DNA of 64,000 bases from an uncultured Acidimicrobiia bacterium (GCA_963801105.1 CAWDDH010000003.1:3642056-3706055), one strand, 5' to 3'. Shown: positions 29,048-40,367, counted from the first letter of the stretch. The notes: generated by a model not told the origin, from the letters alone. Translations and numbers: made by a program.

Positions 29048-29265
29048 GAGGTCGGAGTCTCGCGCGCTCCGCGGCCGACCGATCACGCTGGCGAGTCTCG
29101 CGCGACCCCGTGGCCAACCGGGTTGCACGGCGTTCAGGCGCCGGTCGACGACGCCGGACCGCTTCTCGCGGACGCGGGCGGCGGCGAGCGCGGTCTCGAG
29201 CACGCCGGGCATCCGGACGTCGGGTCGTCCACGTGCGCCGATGGGGAGATCACGCCCGCGCCACC

Positions 29266-30595
29266 ATGAGTCAGACTGCGGCAGTGGCACGAGACCGCGA
29301 GGCCCTCACCGTCGGCGCGGATCCGGCCCGATCGGTGCCGCGGCGCGGCCGACGACTGATCCTGGCGGCGGCCGCGATCGCCGTGGTGGCCGCGATCGTC
29401 GGCGTCGTGGTGCTCGCTCGCCACCACGATCCGCCGACCGCGTCCGAGATCTCGAAGTTCTGCAATGTCATCCTCCGCGGTCAGCCGGGTCAGGGCTCCG
29501 ACCCGGCGGCCGCCGTCGACCGGAAGCGCGCGGGTCGCGCTCGCACCCGATTCGCTCCGCGCCGACGTGCAGGCGGTGACGCGCGGCGGCACCACGTCCG
29601 CGCTCGCACCGGACGCGCGCCCGCGACTCGAGAGGAGCCTGGATCGTGTCACGGGATGGATCGAGACCCGCTGCTATCCGGCGGCGGCGCAACCGGGTGC
29701 CATGCCCGCCGAGCAACGTTTTGCCCCCGCTCGTTTACCTTCGGGATCACACGTCTGCGTCGTGAACAATGCCCGGCGGTCGTCCGAGGACGCCTTCGGC
29801 GTACGCACGTCGAGCATCACGATCTACGCCGACACCTCCCGCGCCGACCCGTGGGCCGGACCGCTCCTCGCCACGGCGTTCTCGGTCCCGTCGCTGCTCG
29901 ACGAGAAGAGCAGGAATGACGTCCTCGTGCCCGCCGTCGGCGCCGGCCGTCAGGGGTCGATCCTGGGCTCCAGCCGGGATCGCCTCCGCACGGGCACCGG
30001 CATCGAGATGTACGACGCCGCGCAGAACGGCCGGGTTTCCGTGCTCGCCCGCGGGGAGCTGCTGGAGCGCCGGATCCTCGCGCTGGCGTCCCACATCGTC
30101 GACGCGCAGGGACACCCTCGGCTCGACGCCACCGCGGTCCCCGCCGGGTATTCGGTCGTCTACGAGGGGGCGGTCGAACCGATCAGCCAGGTGCCGAGCC
30201 TGCTCAGGCCGCAGTTCCCCACGTTCTCGGTCAGCGCGACGGCCGGGACCGGTCCGCCATCACCGTCGCAGGGCCTCCAATGGACGGGTGCCGTCCTCGA
30301 CGACGCCACCTTCGAGGCGACCCGCTTCTTCGTACCCGATCCAGGTCTGCGACCAGTCGGCACGAAGCAGGCGCTGGTCTGGGACACGACGATCGCGTCA
30401 GGCTCGCCGCTGACCGTCGCGCGCTGGCGGGAGGGACGCGTCGTCATCACGGCGGGTATCTACGGCGAGCACGCCGGGACACGGAGGAAGGCCATGGAAT
30501 CGTTGGTCACGTCCATGCGCAGGCTGGACCGTGACGAGTGGACGAGCCTGACGTCACAGTTCAGCTTCTGCAGGATCCTGTCGACGACGCCCTGA
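29266..30595 (+). CDS. Hypothetical single-TM/exported protein (frameshift near 29530)
   Basis: ATG 29266, RRGRR then hydrophobic LILAAAAIAVVAAIVGVVVLA; continues in the 29465-30595 ORF frame. Confidence 0.6.
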
Positions 30596-30596
30596 G

Positions 30597-31505
30597 TCAG
30601 GACGCGAGCGCGATGGCGGCGAGGGCCGCCTCGACCGCGGCCGACGAGGCGTTCGTCAGGGGCATCCGGACGTCGGGGGTGGGGATGCGGCCCTGGGCGT
30701 GGAGGACGCCCTTGAACACCGCCGGGTTGGGTTCGGTGAAGCAGGACTGCACGACGGGCAGCAGCCGCTCGGCGTGGGCCCGGCCCTCCTCGACCTTGCC
30801 CGCGACGCCGCACTCGATCATCGAGACGAACTGCTCGGTGCACACGTGCGCCGACGCGCAGATCGCGCCCGCGCCACCCATGAGCACGATCGGGAAGAGG
30901 AACGGGTCCTCACCGCCGAGCACCGCGAAGTCGTCCGGCGCGCCGCGCAGGAGCTCGAGGGTGTCGAGATCCAGCCCCGCCGCCGCCTGCTTGATGCCGA
31001 CGATGTTCGGGTGCTGCGCGGCTTCGAGCACTCCGGCGGCCGACAGGTTGCGTCCGGTGCGGATCGCGATGTTGTAGAGGATCACCGGAACGGGCGACGC
31101 GTCGGCGACGGCCCGGAAATGCGCCACGATCCCGGCTTCGGACGGGCGGACGTAATACGGCACGACGATGAGGACACCGGAGAGCCCTGGCGTGCCCGCG
31201 AGCCCCTCGACCGCAGCGACGGTCGTGGCCGTGCTGTTCGTCCCGGCACCGACGATCAACTGCGCGCCGCGCTCCACGCACACCGCCGAGCACGCAGCGA
31301 CGACCGCCTGCTTCTCCGCCGCGGTCAGCGCGGCCGACTCACCCGTGGTGCCGAGCGGGACGATCCCCGACGCGCCGGCGTCCAGGTACTCGTGGCACAG
31401 GGCGGTCACCGCGTCGAGCGCGACCGAGCCGTCGGACGCGAACGGGGTGATCAGCGGGACGTAGACACCGCGCAGCGTGAGTCCGTCGGTGGGTGCATTC
31501 GGCAT
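30597..31505 (-). CDS. dapA: 4-hydroxy-tetrahydrodipicolinate synthase
   Basis: LITPF, GTTGE, GAGTNST, VPYYVRPS, LYNI..RTG, IVGIKQA, EPNPAVFK. Confidence 0.93.
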   Translation of the reverse strand: MPNAPTDGLTLRGVYVPLITPFASDGSVALDAVTALCHEYLDAGASGIVPLGTTGESAALTAAEKQAVVAACSAVCVERGAQLIVGAGTNSTATTVAAVEGLAGTPGLSGVLIVVPYYVRPSEAGIVAHFRAVADASPVPVILYNIAIRTGRNLSAAGVLEAAQHPNIVGIKQAAAGLDLDTLELLRGAPDDFAVLGGEDPFLFPIVLMGGAGAICASAHVCTEQFVSMIECGVAGKVEEGRAHAERLLPVVQSCFTEPNPAVFKGVLHAQGRIPTPDVRMPLTNASSAAVEAALAAIALAS

Positions 31506-31547
31506 ACGAGCCAGGGTACCGGCCGGGCTTCGGTAGTGTCGGCCTCA

Positions 31548-32336
31548 ATGTCGGACCTGGTCACGGTCGTCCTGGTCCTCATCGCCGGGTTCTTCACCGG
31601 CGTCCTCTCCGGGGTCTTCGGCGTCGGCGGCGCGGTCATCTCGACCCCCGCGATCCTCCTGCTCGGCGCGACGCCGCTCCAGGCCGTCGGCAGCACGCTC
31701 CCCTCGATCATCCCGTCGTCGATCTCGGGCACGCTCCGCTATCAGCGCGAGGGACTCGTCGTCCGGCGCGTGGTGCTCGGGACCGGCCTCGCCGGCGCCA
31801 CGTGCGCGGCACTCGGCGCGATCGCGAGCGACCTGATCCCGGGACGCGGCCACGTGCAGATGGTGCTCACCGCGGGCCTCATGGGCTTCACCGCCTACCG
31901 GACGGGGACGATGGGACGGATCCCGCCCCGCGTGGACGACCAGGGCGAACCCGATCTCGACCTGCGCGTGGGGAAGCTCCTCGCGATCGGCGTCGCCGCG
32001 GGGCTGCTCTCGGGGTTCCTCGGGGTCGGCGGCGGGATCCTGATGGTCCCCGGCTTCACCGGCCTGCTCGGCCTGCCGCTCAAGTCGGCGATCGGCACGT
32101 CGCTCGCCTGTGTCGGTGTCATCGCGATCCCGGGCACGCTGACCCACCAGTTGCTCGGCAACGTCAACTGGTTCTACGCGCTGCCGCTCATGGTCACCGC
32201 GATCCCCGGTGCCCGCGTCGGCGCGCACCTCGCGATCCGGACCACGGACCGGGTGCTCCGGCGCGTCGTCGCGAGCGTGCTCGGGACCATCGCCGTCGTG
32301 TACGGCACCGTCGAGCTCATCCGCCTGTTCCGCTGA
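31548..32336 (+). CDS. Sulfite exporter TauE/SafE (TSUP) family protein
   Basis: Duplicated [17 protein letters not shown] / [17 protein letters not shown] motifs, AIGTSL, multiple TMs. Confidence 0.92.
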   Translation: MSDLVTVVLVLIAGFFTGVLSGVFGVGGAVISTPAILLLGATPLQAVGSTLPSIIPSSISGTLRYQREGLVVRRVVLGTGLAGATCAALGAIASDLIPGRGHVQMVLTAGLMGFTAYRTGTMGRIPPRVDDQGEPDLDLRVGKLLAIGVAAGLLSGFLGVGGGILMVPGFTGLLGLPLKSAIGTSLACVGVIAIPGTLTHQLLGNVNWFYALPLMVTAIPGARVGAHLAIRTTDRVLRRVVASVLGTIAVVYGTVELIRLFR

Positions 32337-33018
32337 GCCCTGCGAGGTCCCGGGCCCGGGCGAACACGCCGTCGATCATCGGCTCCGTGAGCTTGCCGGT
32401 GAACGTGTTCTGCTGCGACGGGTGGAAGCACCCGAGCACCACGGCGCGCCGGGTCACCACCTCGAGCCCGTGGGTGAACTTCGGGCGCGGCCGCGGGAGG
32501 TCCGCGCCCGACGCGCGGAGCACGCGCCACAGCGCCTCGAACGCGAAGGCGCCGAGCGCCACGATCACCCGCACGTCCCGGAGAAGCGCGAGCTCGCGCT
32601 CGAACCAGGGCACGCACGTGTCGCGTTCGGTCGGCGTCGGCTTGTTCGCGGGCGGAGCGCAGCGCACGACCGCCGAGACGTAGGCGTTCCGGAGCGCGAG
32701 ACCGTCATCGGCGTGGACCGACGTCGGCTGGTTGGCGAGGCCGTTGCGGTACAGCGACGCGTACAACCAGTCCCCCGAGCGGTCGCCGGTGAAGACGCGC
32801 CCCGTGCGGTTCGCGCCGTGGGCGGCCGGCGCGAGCCCGACGACCAGAATCCGTGCCGCCGCGTCGCCGAAGCCGGGTACCGGTCGGCCCCAGTAGTCCT
32901 GGTCGCGGAACGCAGCGCGCTTCTCGCGCGCCACCTCCTCCCGCCAGGCGACCAGGCGCGGACACGCCCGGCACGAGGTGATCTCTTCGGCCAATACACG
33001 GAGGGAATCGGAAGGCAC
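32317..33018 (-). CDS. udgB: Uracil-DNA glycosylase family 5 (Fe-S type)
   Basis: [42 protein letters not shown]. Confidence 0.95.
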   Translation of the reverse strand: MPSDSLRVLAEEITSCRACPRLVAWREEVAREKRAAFRDQDYWGRPVPGFGDAAARILVVGLAPAAHGANRTGRVFTGDRSGDWLYASLYRNGLANQPTSVHADDGLALRNAYVSAVVRCAPPANKPTPTERDTCVPWFERELALLRDVRVIVALGAFAFEALWRVLRASGADLPRPRPKFTHGLEVVTRRAVVLGCFHPSQQNTFTGKLTEPMIDGVFARARDLAGLSGTGG

Positions 33019-33038
33019 GGCCGATAGCCTGCCCCGTC

Positions 33039-33953
33039 GTGCGGGTCCTGCTCATCGTCAATGCGACCGCGTCGTCGGTGACCGCCCGCCGGAGGGTCGT
33101 GATCCAGAAGGCGCTGGGCGCCGATCACGACCTCGTGGTCGCCGAGACCTCGCGGCGCGGCCACGCGGCGCGGCTCGCGCGCGGTGCCGCGGCCGAGGGT
33201 GTGGAGGTCGTCGCGGTCCTCGCCGGCGACGGCACGCTCAACGAGGCCGCCGACGGCCTGGTCGGCACCGACACCGCCCTCGCGCCCCTCCCGGGCGGCT
33301 CCACCAACGTCTACGCCCGCTCGCTCGGGATCGCCGACGACCCGGTCGAGGCCACCTCGGAACTGCTCGAATCGCTCGACCGGAAGTCGTTCCAGCGCAT
33401 CGGGCTCGGTCGGGTCGGCGACCGGCACCTCCTGTTCCACTGCGGCGTCGGGTTCGACGCGGCAGTGGTCGAGTCCGTCGAGCGCCGGGCCGCGTACAAG
33501 CGCTACGCAGCACACCCGCTGTTCGTCGTCGCGGCGTTCGACACCTGGCTGCGGACCTACGACCACTCCCACGGCCGGTTCGCGGTCACGTTCCCGGACG
33601 GCGAGACCGTGCCCGACGCGACCCTCCTCATCATCTCCAAGACGAGCCCGTACACCTACCTCGGGCACCGGCCCCTGGTCGTCGCGCCCGCGGCGTCGCT
33701 CACCAGCGAGCTGAGCTTCACCGTCGTGCGGGCGCGGCATGCGCCGGGAATGCTGAGCATCGCGGCGCGGGCGTTCCTCTCTCCTCGCCTGCTGCACCGG
33801 CAGCGGGACGTCGTGCAGCGTGACGGCGTCGCCGCCGCGACCATCTCCTCCGACGAGCCCTTCCCGTACCAGGTCGACGGCGACTACCTCGGTGACGTGC
33901 GGCGACTCGACGTCGCGTACGTCCCCGACGCGCTCACCCTGGTCGTGCCGTGA
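33039..33953 (+). CDS. Diacylglycerol/lipid kinase family protein (Rv3218-like)
   Basis: [43 protein letters not shown]. Confidence 0.92.
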   Translation: MRVLLIVNATASSVTARRRVVIQKALGADHDLVVAETSRRGHAARLARGAAAEGVEVVAVLAGDGTLNEAADGLVGTDTALAPLPGGSTNVYARSLGIADDPVEATSELLESLDRKSFQRIGLGRVGDRHLLFHCGVGFDAAVVESVERRAAYKRYAAHPLFVVAAFDTWLRTYDHSHGRFAVTFPDGETVPDATLLIISKTSPYTYLGHRPLVVAPAASLTSELSFTVVRARHAPGMLSIAARAFLSPRLLHRQRDVVQRDGVAAATISSDEPFPYQVDGDYLGDVRRLDVAYVPDALTLVVP

Positions 33954-35773
33954 CCGCCCTCGCGGCATCCGGGCCGGCGCAGGACCCTCCCGAGCCCGAG
34001 CCCGTCCCGCAGCACGTCCTGCGGCGCGGGCTCCGGGTCCTGATCCGGTTCGTCCGCCTCAACCCGCTGCCGTTCTCGATCGCAATCGTCGGGGCGGTCG
34101 TCTACGCAGGCTCCTCGGTGCTGGGCACACTGGTCCTGGGCCGCGTGACCGACAAGGTCCTCACCCCGGCGTTCAAGGCCGGCGGCGCGGACCGGGCCAC
34201 GACGTGGACGTGGGTCACCCTGATCGTGGGCGTCGCGGTGCTCCGGGGCGTCGGCACGGTCATCCGCCGTTACTTCGCCGGCAAGACGACCTGGCTCGGG
34301 CAGGCGTGGCTCCGTCGCGAGATCGCCGACCACTTCCTGGCGGTGCCCCTCGGGTTCCACCGCACGACCTCGACCGGGGAGCTGCTCGCCCACGCCGACG
34401 CGGACGTGCTCGCGGCCACCGAGGTGGTCAACCCGCTTCCGTTCTCGACCGGCCTCGTGGTCCTGGTCATCTTCTCCGTGATCGCGCTCATCGCGGTCGA
34501 CCCGGTCCTCGCACTCGTGGCGCTCGTCCTGTTCCCGACCATGGCCGTGCTGAACCGCTATTACACCCGGCGGGTCGAGCGCCCCGCCGCCGCGGTGCAG
34601 CAGCACGTCGGGGAGGTGTCGGGGATCGCGCACGAGAGCTTCGACGGCGCCCTCATGGTCAAGACGCTCGGCCTCGAGCACCACGAGGTGGACCGGCTGG
34701 CGGTCGCGGCCGACGCGCTGCGTGTCGAGCGCATCGAGGTGGGCCGGCTCCGTGCCTTCTTCGAGCCGGCGCTCGACGCGCTCCCGAACCTGGGGATCGT
34801 CGCGATCCTCGCGGTCGGGAGCTGGCGCATCTCCGAGGGCGTCATCTCGCCCGGTGACGTCGTGCAGGCCATGGCGCTGTTCACGCTCCTCGCGTTCCCG
34901 ATGCGCGTGGTCGGGTTCCTCCTCGAGGAGATGCCGCGCGCCGTGGTCTCGACCGAACGGCTCGACCGGGTCCTCGCCGCGCCCCACGCGCCCGAACCCC
35001 ACGAACACGACGAGCCACCGTCGACCCCCGCCGAGGTCGTCCTCGCGGGAGTGGACTACTCCTACCCGACCGGCGACCCGGTCCTCGTCGGCCTCGACCT
35101 CACCATCGATCCCGGAGAGATCGTGGCGCTGGTCGGGCCGACCGGATGCGGCAAGAGCACGCTGTGCGAGCTGCTCGTGGGCCTCGACGAGCCTGATCGG
35201 GGCTCGATCACCGTCCATGGTCTGGCGCCGCACCGCCTCCGTCGCGAGGCCCGCCGGGACCTGCTCGCGCTCGTCTTCCAGGAGTCGTTCGTCTTCGCCG
35301 ACACCGTCACCGAGAACATCCTCGTCGGCACCGACCACGGGTCCGACCGGTTGGAGTCCGCCCTCGCGGTCGCACAGGCCGAGCGCTTCGTCGCTTCGCT
35401 CCCCGACGGCCTCGACACCGTGCTCGGCGAACGGGGCGTCACGCTCTCGGGCGGCCAACGCCAGCGCCTCGCCCTCGCCCGCGCGCTCGCGCGACGGCCG
35501 CAGCTCCTGGTCCTCGACGACGCGACCTCGGCCGTCGACCCCCGAATCGAGGCGCGCATCCTGTCCGCGCTCCGCGACGAGCTCCGCATGACGACGCTGG
35601 TCGTGGCGCACCGCCGCTCGACCGTCGAGCTCGCCGACCGCGTCGTACGCATGGAGGCCGGCCGCATCGTCGCGTCCGGCACCCATACCGAGCTGGTCGC
35701 CACCGACGCCGAGTACGCGGCCATGTTGTCGGCCTACGACTCCGCGGTCCCCGGGGAGTACGACGATGTCTGA
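33950..35773 (+). CDS. ABC exporter, fused permease-ATPase (heterodimer subunit 1)
   Basis: TM domain; GPTGCGKS, LSGGQRQR, degenerate Walker B VLDDATS, AHR. Confidence 0.94.
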   Translation: MTALAASGPAQDPPEPEPVPQHVLRRGLRVLIRFVRLNPLPFSIAIVGAVVYAGSSVLGTLVLGRVTDKVLTPAFKAGGADRATTWTWVTLIVGVAVLRGVGTVIRRYFAGKTTWLGQAWLRREIADHFLAVPLGFHRTTSTGELLAHADADVLAATEVVNPLPFSTGLVVLVIFSVIALIAVDPVLALVALVLFPTMAVLNRYYTRRVERPAAAVQQHVGEVSGIAHESFDGALMVKTLGLEHHEVDRLAVAADALRVERIEVGRLRAFFEPALDALPNLGIVAILAVGSWRISEGVISPGDVVQAMALFTLLAFPMRVVGFLLEEMPRAVVSTERLDRVLAAPHAPEPHEHDEPPSTPAEVVLAGVDYSYPTGDPVLVGLDLTIDPGEIVALVGPTGCGKSTLCELLVGLDEPDRGSITVHGLAPHRLRREARRDLLALVFQESFVFADTVTENILVGTDHGSDRLESALAVAQAERFVASLPDGLDTVLGERGVTLSGGQRQRLALARALARRPQLLVLDDATSAVDPRIEARILSALRDELRMTTLVVAHRRSTVELADRVVRMEAGRIVASGTHTELVATDAEYAAMLSAYDSAVPGEYDDV

Positions 35774-37664
35774 GCACGACGCTGCGCTCGACGCGCTCGC
35801 CGAAGTCGCACCCGACGCGATGCTCGACGAGCTCGTGGACCGCAGCCACGCCCACCGCGGCCGGGAGCTCGGCGGAGACGGGGAAGCCGGGGCCGAGGTC
35901 GAGGAGCCCTCCGGCGCGCTCGCGGTGCTCCGCAAGGGCGCGGCGAAGATGCCCGAGATCCGTCAGGGGATCGCGGTCAGCCTCACGTTCGCGATCATCG
36001 TCGCGGCCGGCCGGCTCCTGATCCCCGTCGCGATCCAGCAGGTCCTCGACCGCGGGGTGCTGCACGCCGAGGGGTTCCGCGGCGGGTTCGTCATCACCGC
36101 CTGCGTCCTGACAGGCATCGGCGTCCTCGTGCTCGCGACACTGTCGCGGCTCACCTACATCCGACTGGTCCGGGCCGCCGAGGGGGCGCTCTTCTCCCTG
36201 CGAGTCCGGGTCTTCGAGCACATCCACCAGCTGAGCGTCGCCGAGCAGAACGAGACCAAGCGCGGCGTGCTCGTGTCCCGCGTGACCAGCGACATCGAGA
36301 CGCTGGCGCGGTTCGTGAACTGGGGGGCGATCAGCTGGGTCGTCAACAGCGCGCTCGTCCTCGGGACCCTGGTCGTGATGGCGATCTACTCCTGGCAGCT
36401 GACGCTGGTGACCATCGTGGCGTTCCTGCCCGTCATCCCGATCCTGCGCTTCCTCCAGCGGCGCCAGCTGCGCGCCTACGACCGGGTGCGGGTCGCGACG
36501 GGCGACATGCTGGCCGAGTTCTCCGAGAGCATCACCGGCGCCGCCGCGGTCCGGGCCTACGGGCTCGAGGAGCGGTCCCGCACCCGGCTGCACCAGCGGA
36601 TCCACACCCTCTACCTGGCTCACAAGGAGGCGGGCCGGTACTTCGCGCTGATGTTCCCGGTCGGCGACATGTTCGGCTCGATCGCCCTCGCCGCGATCGT
36701 CACGATCTCGGCCTTCGCCGGCGTCGAGCTCGGGCTCGACCTCGGAACCGTCGTGGCGTTCGCGTTCCTGACCAACCTCCTGCTCTACCCGATCGCCGAG
36801 GTCAGCGAGATCATCGACCAGACCCAGACCGCGATCGCGGGATGGCGCAAGGTCCTCGACGTGCTCGACATCCCGATCGACGTCTCCGATCCCGAGGCCG
36901 GCGTCGCGCTCCCCGCCGGACCCCTTCCCATCCGCAGCGAGCACCTCGACTTCGCCTACCGCACCGGACCCATGGTGTTGCGGGACGTCTCGATCGACGT
37001 TCCCGCCGGCACGAACGTCGCGATCGTCGGCGAGACCGGGTCGGGCAAGACGACGTTCGCGACCCTCCTCTGCCGCCTCGCCGACCCCACCGCCGGGCGG
37101 ATCCTGATCGGCGGAGTGGACCTCGCCACCGTCGCCGGCGACGCGCGCCGCGCCCGCGTCCGGCTCGTGCCTCAGGACGGGTTCCTCTTCGACACGAGCG
37201 TGCGTGAGAACGTGCGGATCGGCCGGCTCGGCGCGACCGACCGCGACATCGAGCACGCCTTCGCCCAGCTCGGACTCGACGACTGGCTCCAGCGCCTCCC
37301 GCTCGGGCTCGAGACCCACGTCGGCGAGCGCGGGGACTCGCTCTCGGTCGGCGAGCGCCAGCTCGTGGCGCTGGCCCGCGCCCACATCGCGCGTCCCGGC
37401 CTGCTCATCCTCGACGAGGCCACGAGCGCGGTGGACCCCGAGACCGAGCGGGCCCTCACGACCGCGCTGCTCCGCGTGGCCGCGGGTGCCACGACCGTCT
37501 CCGTCGCCCACCGGCTCTCCACGGCCGAGGCGGCCGACCTCGTGCTCGTGTTCGACGCGGGCCGGATCGTGCAGCACGGCGCGCACGCCGAGCTGGTCGA
37601 GCAGGACGGCATCTACCGCGATCTGCACCGCTCGTGGGTCGGCGCCACGCGCTCACGCGCCTGA
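35766..37664 (+). CDS. ABC exporter, fused permease-ATPase (heterodimer subunit 2)
   Basis: GETGSGKT, degenerate signature LSVGERQ, ILDEATS, AHRLST; overlaps subunit 1. Confidence 0.94.
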   Translation: MSEHDAALDALAEVAPDAMLDELVDRSHAHRGRELGGDGEAGAEVEEPSGALAVLRKGAAKMPEIRQGIAVSLTFAIIVAAGRLLIPVAIQQVLDRGVLHAEGFRGGFVITACVLTGIGVLVLATLSRLTYIRLVRAAEGALFSLRVRVFEHIHQLSVAEQNETKRGVLVSRVTSDIETLARFVNWGAISWVVNSALVLGTLVVMAIYSWQLTLVTIVAFLPVIPILRFLQRRQLRAYDRVRVATGDMLAEFSESITGAAAVRAYGLEERSRTRLHQRIHTLYLAHKEAGRYFALMFPVGDMFGSIALAAIVTISAFAGVELGLDLGTVVAFAFLTNLLLYPIAEVSEIIDQTQTAIAGWRKVLDVLDIPIDVSDPEAGVALPAGPLPIRSEHLDFAYRTGPMVLRDVSIDVPAGTNVAIVGETGSGKTTFATLLCRLADPTAGRILIGGVDLATVAGDARRARVRLVPQDGFLFDTSVRENVRIGRLGATDRDIEHAFAQLGLDDWLQRLPLGLETHVGERGDSLSVGERQLVALARAHIARPGLLILDEATSAVDPETERALTTALLRVAAGATTVSVAHRLSTAEAADLVLVFDAGRIVQHGAHAELVEQDGIYRDLHRSWVGATRSRA

Positions 37665-37698
37665 CCGCGGCGATCGACGGAGGCGACGGGCGCCGAGC

Positions 37699-38412
37699 TC
37701 AGCCGGCGAGCGCGGCCCGGGCGTCCGCGGGGGCGTCGGTGATGACGGCGTCGACCCCGGCCGCGGCGAGTCGGCGGATCTCGTCGGGCTCGTTGACGGT
37801 CCAGGCGTTGACCGCGATCCCGAGCGTGTGCGCGGCCTCCACGACCGTCCCCGCGGCCCGGTCGGCCAGGATCCCGAAGAACGGATGGATCGCGCGGTGT
37901 CCGCCGGAGACGGCGACGGCGATCGCGTCGAGCGGCGGCGGGTCCAGGACGGCGAGGTAGCCGGTCGGGATCGCCGGGTCGCGGGCGTGGACCCGCCCGA
38001 TCGACGGCAGGTGGAACGAGGACACGAGGACCTCGTCACCCTCCCGGCCGTGCAGCAGGTCCACGACGAGGTCCGAGACGCCCAGACCGGCGTCGAAGTC
38101 GGCGTCACCGGGCGAGTTCTTGATCTCGATGTTCACGAGGAGCCCACGGCACTCGTCCAGCACCTCGGCCAGCGTGGGCAGCCAGGCCAGCGCCCCCCGG
38201 ACCGCTGCGAAGGGCTGCGTCGCCAGGACGCCCACCGTCTCGGCGTCGGCGTCGTGATGGACCACCAGCACGCCGTCCGCGGTGCGATGGACGTCCAGTT
38301 CGACCCCGTCGGCGCCCTCGTCCCGCGCCGCGGCGAACGCCTCGAGGGTGTTCTCCCGGGCCCGGTGCGGCGCCCCCCGGTGACCGACGATCAGTGGACG
38401 GGTCTCGCTCAT
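37699..38412 (-). CDS. Glycerophosphodiester phosphodiesterase
   Basis: GHRGA..ENTLEAF, VELDV, VVHHD, NIEIK, WTVNE, ITD. Confidence 0.94.
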   Translation of the reverse strand: MSETRPLIVGHRGAPHRARENTLEAFAAARDEGADGVELDVHRTADGVLVVHHDADAETVGVLATQPFAAVRGALAWLPTLAEVLDECRGLLVNIEIKNSPGDADFDAGLGVSDLVVDLLHGREGDEVLVSSFHLPSIGRVHARDPAIPTGYLAVLDPPPLDAIAVAVSGGHRAIHPFFGILADRAAGTVVEAAHTLGIAVNAWTVNEPDEIRRLAAAGVDAVITDAPADARAALAG

Positions 38413-38460
38413 CCGCCCAGCGTATTCGCAGACGGTCTGCAAAACGGCAGGTCAGACCCC

Positions 38461-38490
38461 TTGCAACGCGTTCTCATTCGACCGTAGCGT
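38461..38490 (+). promoter_or_regulatory. Putative SigA-type promoter of whiB1
   Basis: TTGCAA-18 bp-TAGCGT about 70 bp upstream of the start. Confidence 0.55.
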
Positions 38491-38560
38491 GACGTCCGCT
38501 CCGAGGCTCGGGCCCGGAGACCTCCGGCCCGCACCATCGGCCCCGATCGAAAGGCGCAAC

Positions 38561-38848
38561 GTGGCACTGACCTGGGTTCGCACGCACGACTGGGACGCCG
38601 ACGACTGGCGGGACCGCTCACTCTGTCGCGATTCGAACCCGGAGCTGTTCTTCCCGATCGGGGCCACCGGGATCGCGCTCGACCAGATCGACGCCGCCAA
38701 GGAGATCTGCGGGGTCTGCCCCGTCCACGCCGAGTGCCTCGAGTTCGCGTTGGCCACGAACCAGGAGGCCGGAGTCTGGGGCGGCACCACCGAGGACGAG
38801 CGCCGCAAGCTCCGCAAGAACTGGCTCGCCGACCAGCGCACCGGCTGA
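38561..38848 (+). CDS. whiB1: WhiB-family Fe-S transcription factor (WhiB1-like)
   Basis: DWRDRSLCRDSNPELFFPIG..CGVCPVHAECLEFAL..GVWGGTTEDERR (4 Cys, GVWGG); convergent with pdtaS as in mycobacteria. Confidence 0.92.
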   Translation: MALTWVRTHDWDADDWRDRSLCRDSNPELFFPIGATGIALDQIDAAKEICGVCPVHAECLEFALATNQEAGVWGGTTEDERRKLRKNWLADQRTG

Positions 38849-38873
38849 GCCCGGTCCGCGGCCGTCGCCGCTC

Positions 38874-40367
38874 CTAGCTGGGCTCCACGACCTTCGTCGC
38901 CGCCGCGGTGGCGAGCGGGACCCGGGCGTGGAAGCGGGTGCCGGCGCCGTCGTCGCCCGGTCCGACATCGAGCGCGCCGCCCAGCTCTCCGGTCACGAGC
39001 GCCTGCACGATCGAGAGCCCGAGCCCCTTCCCGGTCTCGAGGTCGAACCCCTCCGGGAGCCCGACGCCGTCGTCCACGACGTCGACGTCCACCTGGTTCT
39101 CGTGCCGCCGCAACCGCACCTGAACGGTGCCCCTCAGGGGCACGTCGTCGAGGTGAGGAAACGCGTGGTCGACCGCGTTCTGCATCAGCTCGTTGAGCAC
39201 GACGGCGAGCGGCGTGGCCAACTCCCCCGGCAGCTCGCCCGCGTCGCCGACGACCTCGAACCGCAACCCACCCTCCGGCGTCGAGACCGTCTCCTCGACC
39301 ACCCGGACCAGTGGCTTCACGATCTGGGCGAAGTCGACGAACTCGCGCGCCTCGCGTGAGAGCGTCTCGTGCACGATTGCGATCGAACGGATCCGGCGCT
39401 CGGATTCCGCGATCGCGTTGCGCGCCTCGCGCGAGTCGACCCGCCGGCCCTGCAGGCGGAGCAGCGACGCGATCGTCTGCAGGTTGTTCTTCACCCGGTG
39501 ATGGATCTCGCGGATCGTCGCGTCCTTCGACATGAGCATGCGGTCACGACGCCGCAGATCGGTGACGTCGCGCAGCAGCACGAGCGCGCCTGCGGGCTTC
39601 CAACCGTCGAGCAGCGGGATGACGCGCACGAGCACGGAGGCCTCCTCGCGCTCCACCTCCTCGATCACCGGCAGCCGACCGCGGACCGCGGTGTCGACCG
39701 CGGTCTCGTCGAAGCCGATCTCGCCCAGCCGCACGCCCGACGTGTACGCGTGGATGCCGAGCCGGTGGAGCGACGAGACCGCGTTCGGGCTCGCGTACCG
39801 CATGCCGCGATCGGCGTCGAGCACGATCACCCCGTCGCCCACGCGTGGGGCACCCTCGATCTCGACCTCCTCCCGGGTGAACGGGAACGTGCCCTCGGCG
39901 ACCATCGCCATGAGCCGGTCGTAGACCTCGAGGTAGTACCGCTCGAGCTCGCCCGGCCGCCGGCCCGAGGTCGTGGGCGCCTCCCGGGTGAGCACCGCGA
40001 TCTCCTGTCCACGGTGGCGCACCGGCACGCTCTGGAGCCGCACGCGCTCCTTCCCCCCGAGCACGTTGGCCTCGCCCTCGTGGATCTCGGCGTGACGCCA
40101 CGACCGCGCCAGCGCGGGTCGCTCGACCTCGTCGACCACGTGACCCACGAGGTCGTGCACGTAGAGCGTCTGACCGGTCGTCGGCCGGACCTGAGCGAGG
40201 ATGACGAACCGGTGCCCGTCCTCGTGCGCGATCGGCGCCAGGAGCAACAGGTCCGAGAACGAGAGGTCCGCCAGCAGCCGCCAGGACACGGCCAGCCGTT
40301 CGAGGTGGGCCAGCGACTCCGGTGTGAGCTCGGTCCGCAGGATCGCGAGCTCCGGGAAGGCGGCCAT
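38874..40367 (-). CDS. pdtaS: Cytoplasmic sensor histidine kinase PdtaS-like (GAF-PAS-HisKA_2)
   Basis: WRLLADLSFSDLLL, QVRPTTGQT, PRVGDG, ASPNAVS, KDATIREIHHRVKNNLQ, NELMQNA, DDGVGLP, GLGLSIV. Confidence 0.94.
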   Translation of the reverse strand: MAAFPELAILRTELTPESLAHLERLAVSWRLLADLSFSDLLLLAPIAHEDGHRFVILAQVRPTTGQTLYVHDLVGHVVDEVERPALARSWRHAEIHEGEANVLGGKERVRLQSVPVRHRGQEIAVLTREAPTTSGRRPGELERYYLEVYDRLMAMVAEGTFPFTREEVEIEGAPRVGDGVIVLDADRGMRYASPNAVSSLHRLGIHAYTSGVRLGEIGFDETAVDTAVRGRLPVIEEVEREEASVLVRVIPLLDGWKPAGALVLLRDVTDLRRRDRMLMSKDATIREIHHRVKNNLQTIASLLRLQGRRVDSREARNAIAESERRIRSIAIVHETLSREAREFVDFAQIVKPLVRVVEETVSTPEGGLRFEVVGDAGELPGELATPLAVVLNELMQNAVDHAFPHLDDVPLRGTVQVRLRRHENQVDVDVVDDGVGLPEGFDLETGKGLGLSIVQALVTGELGGALDVGPGDDGAGTRFHARVPLATAAATKVVEPS

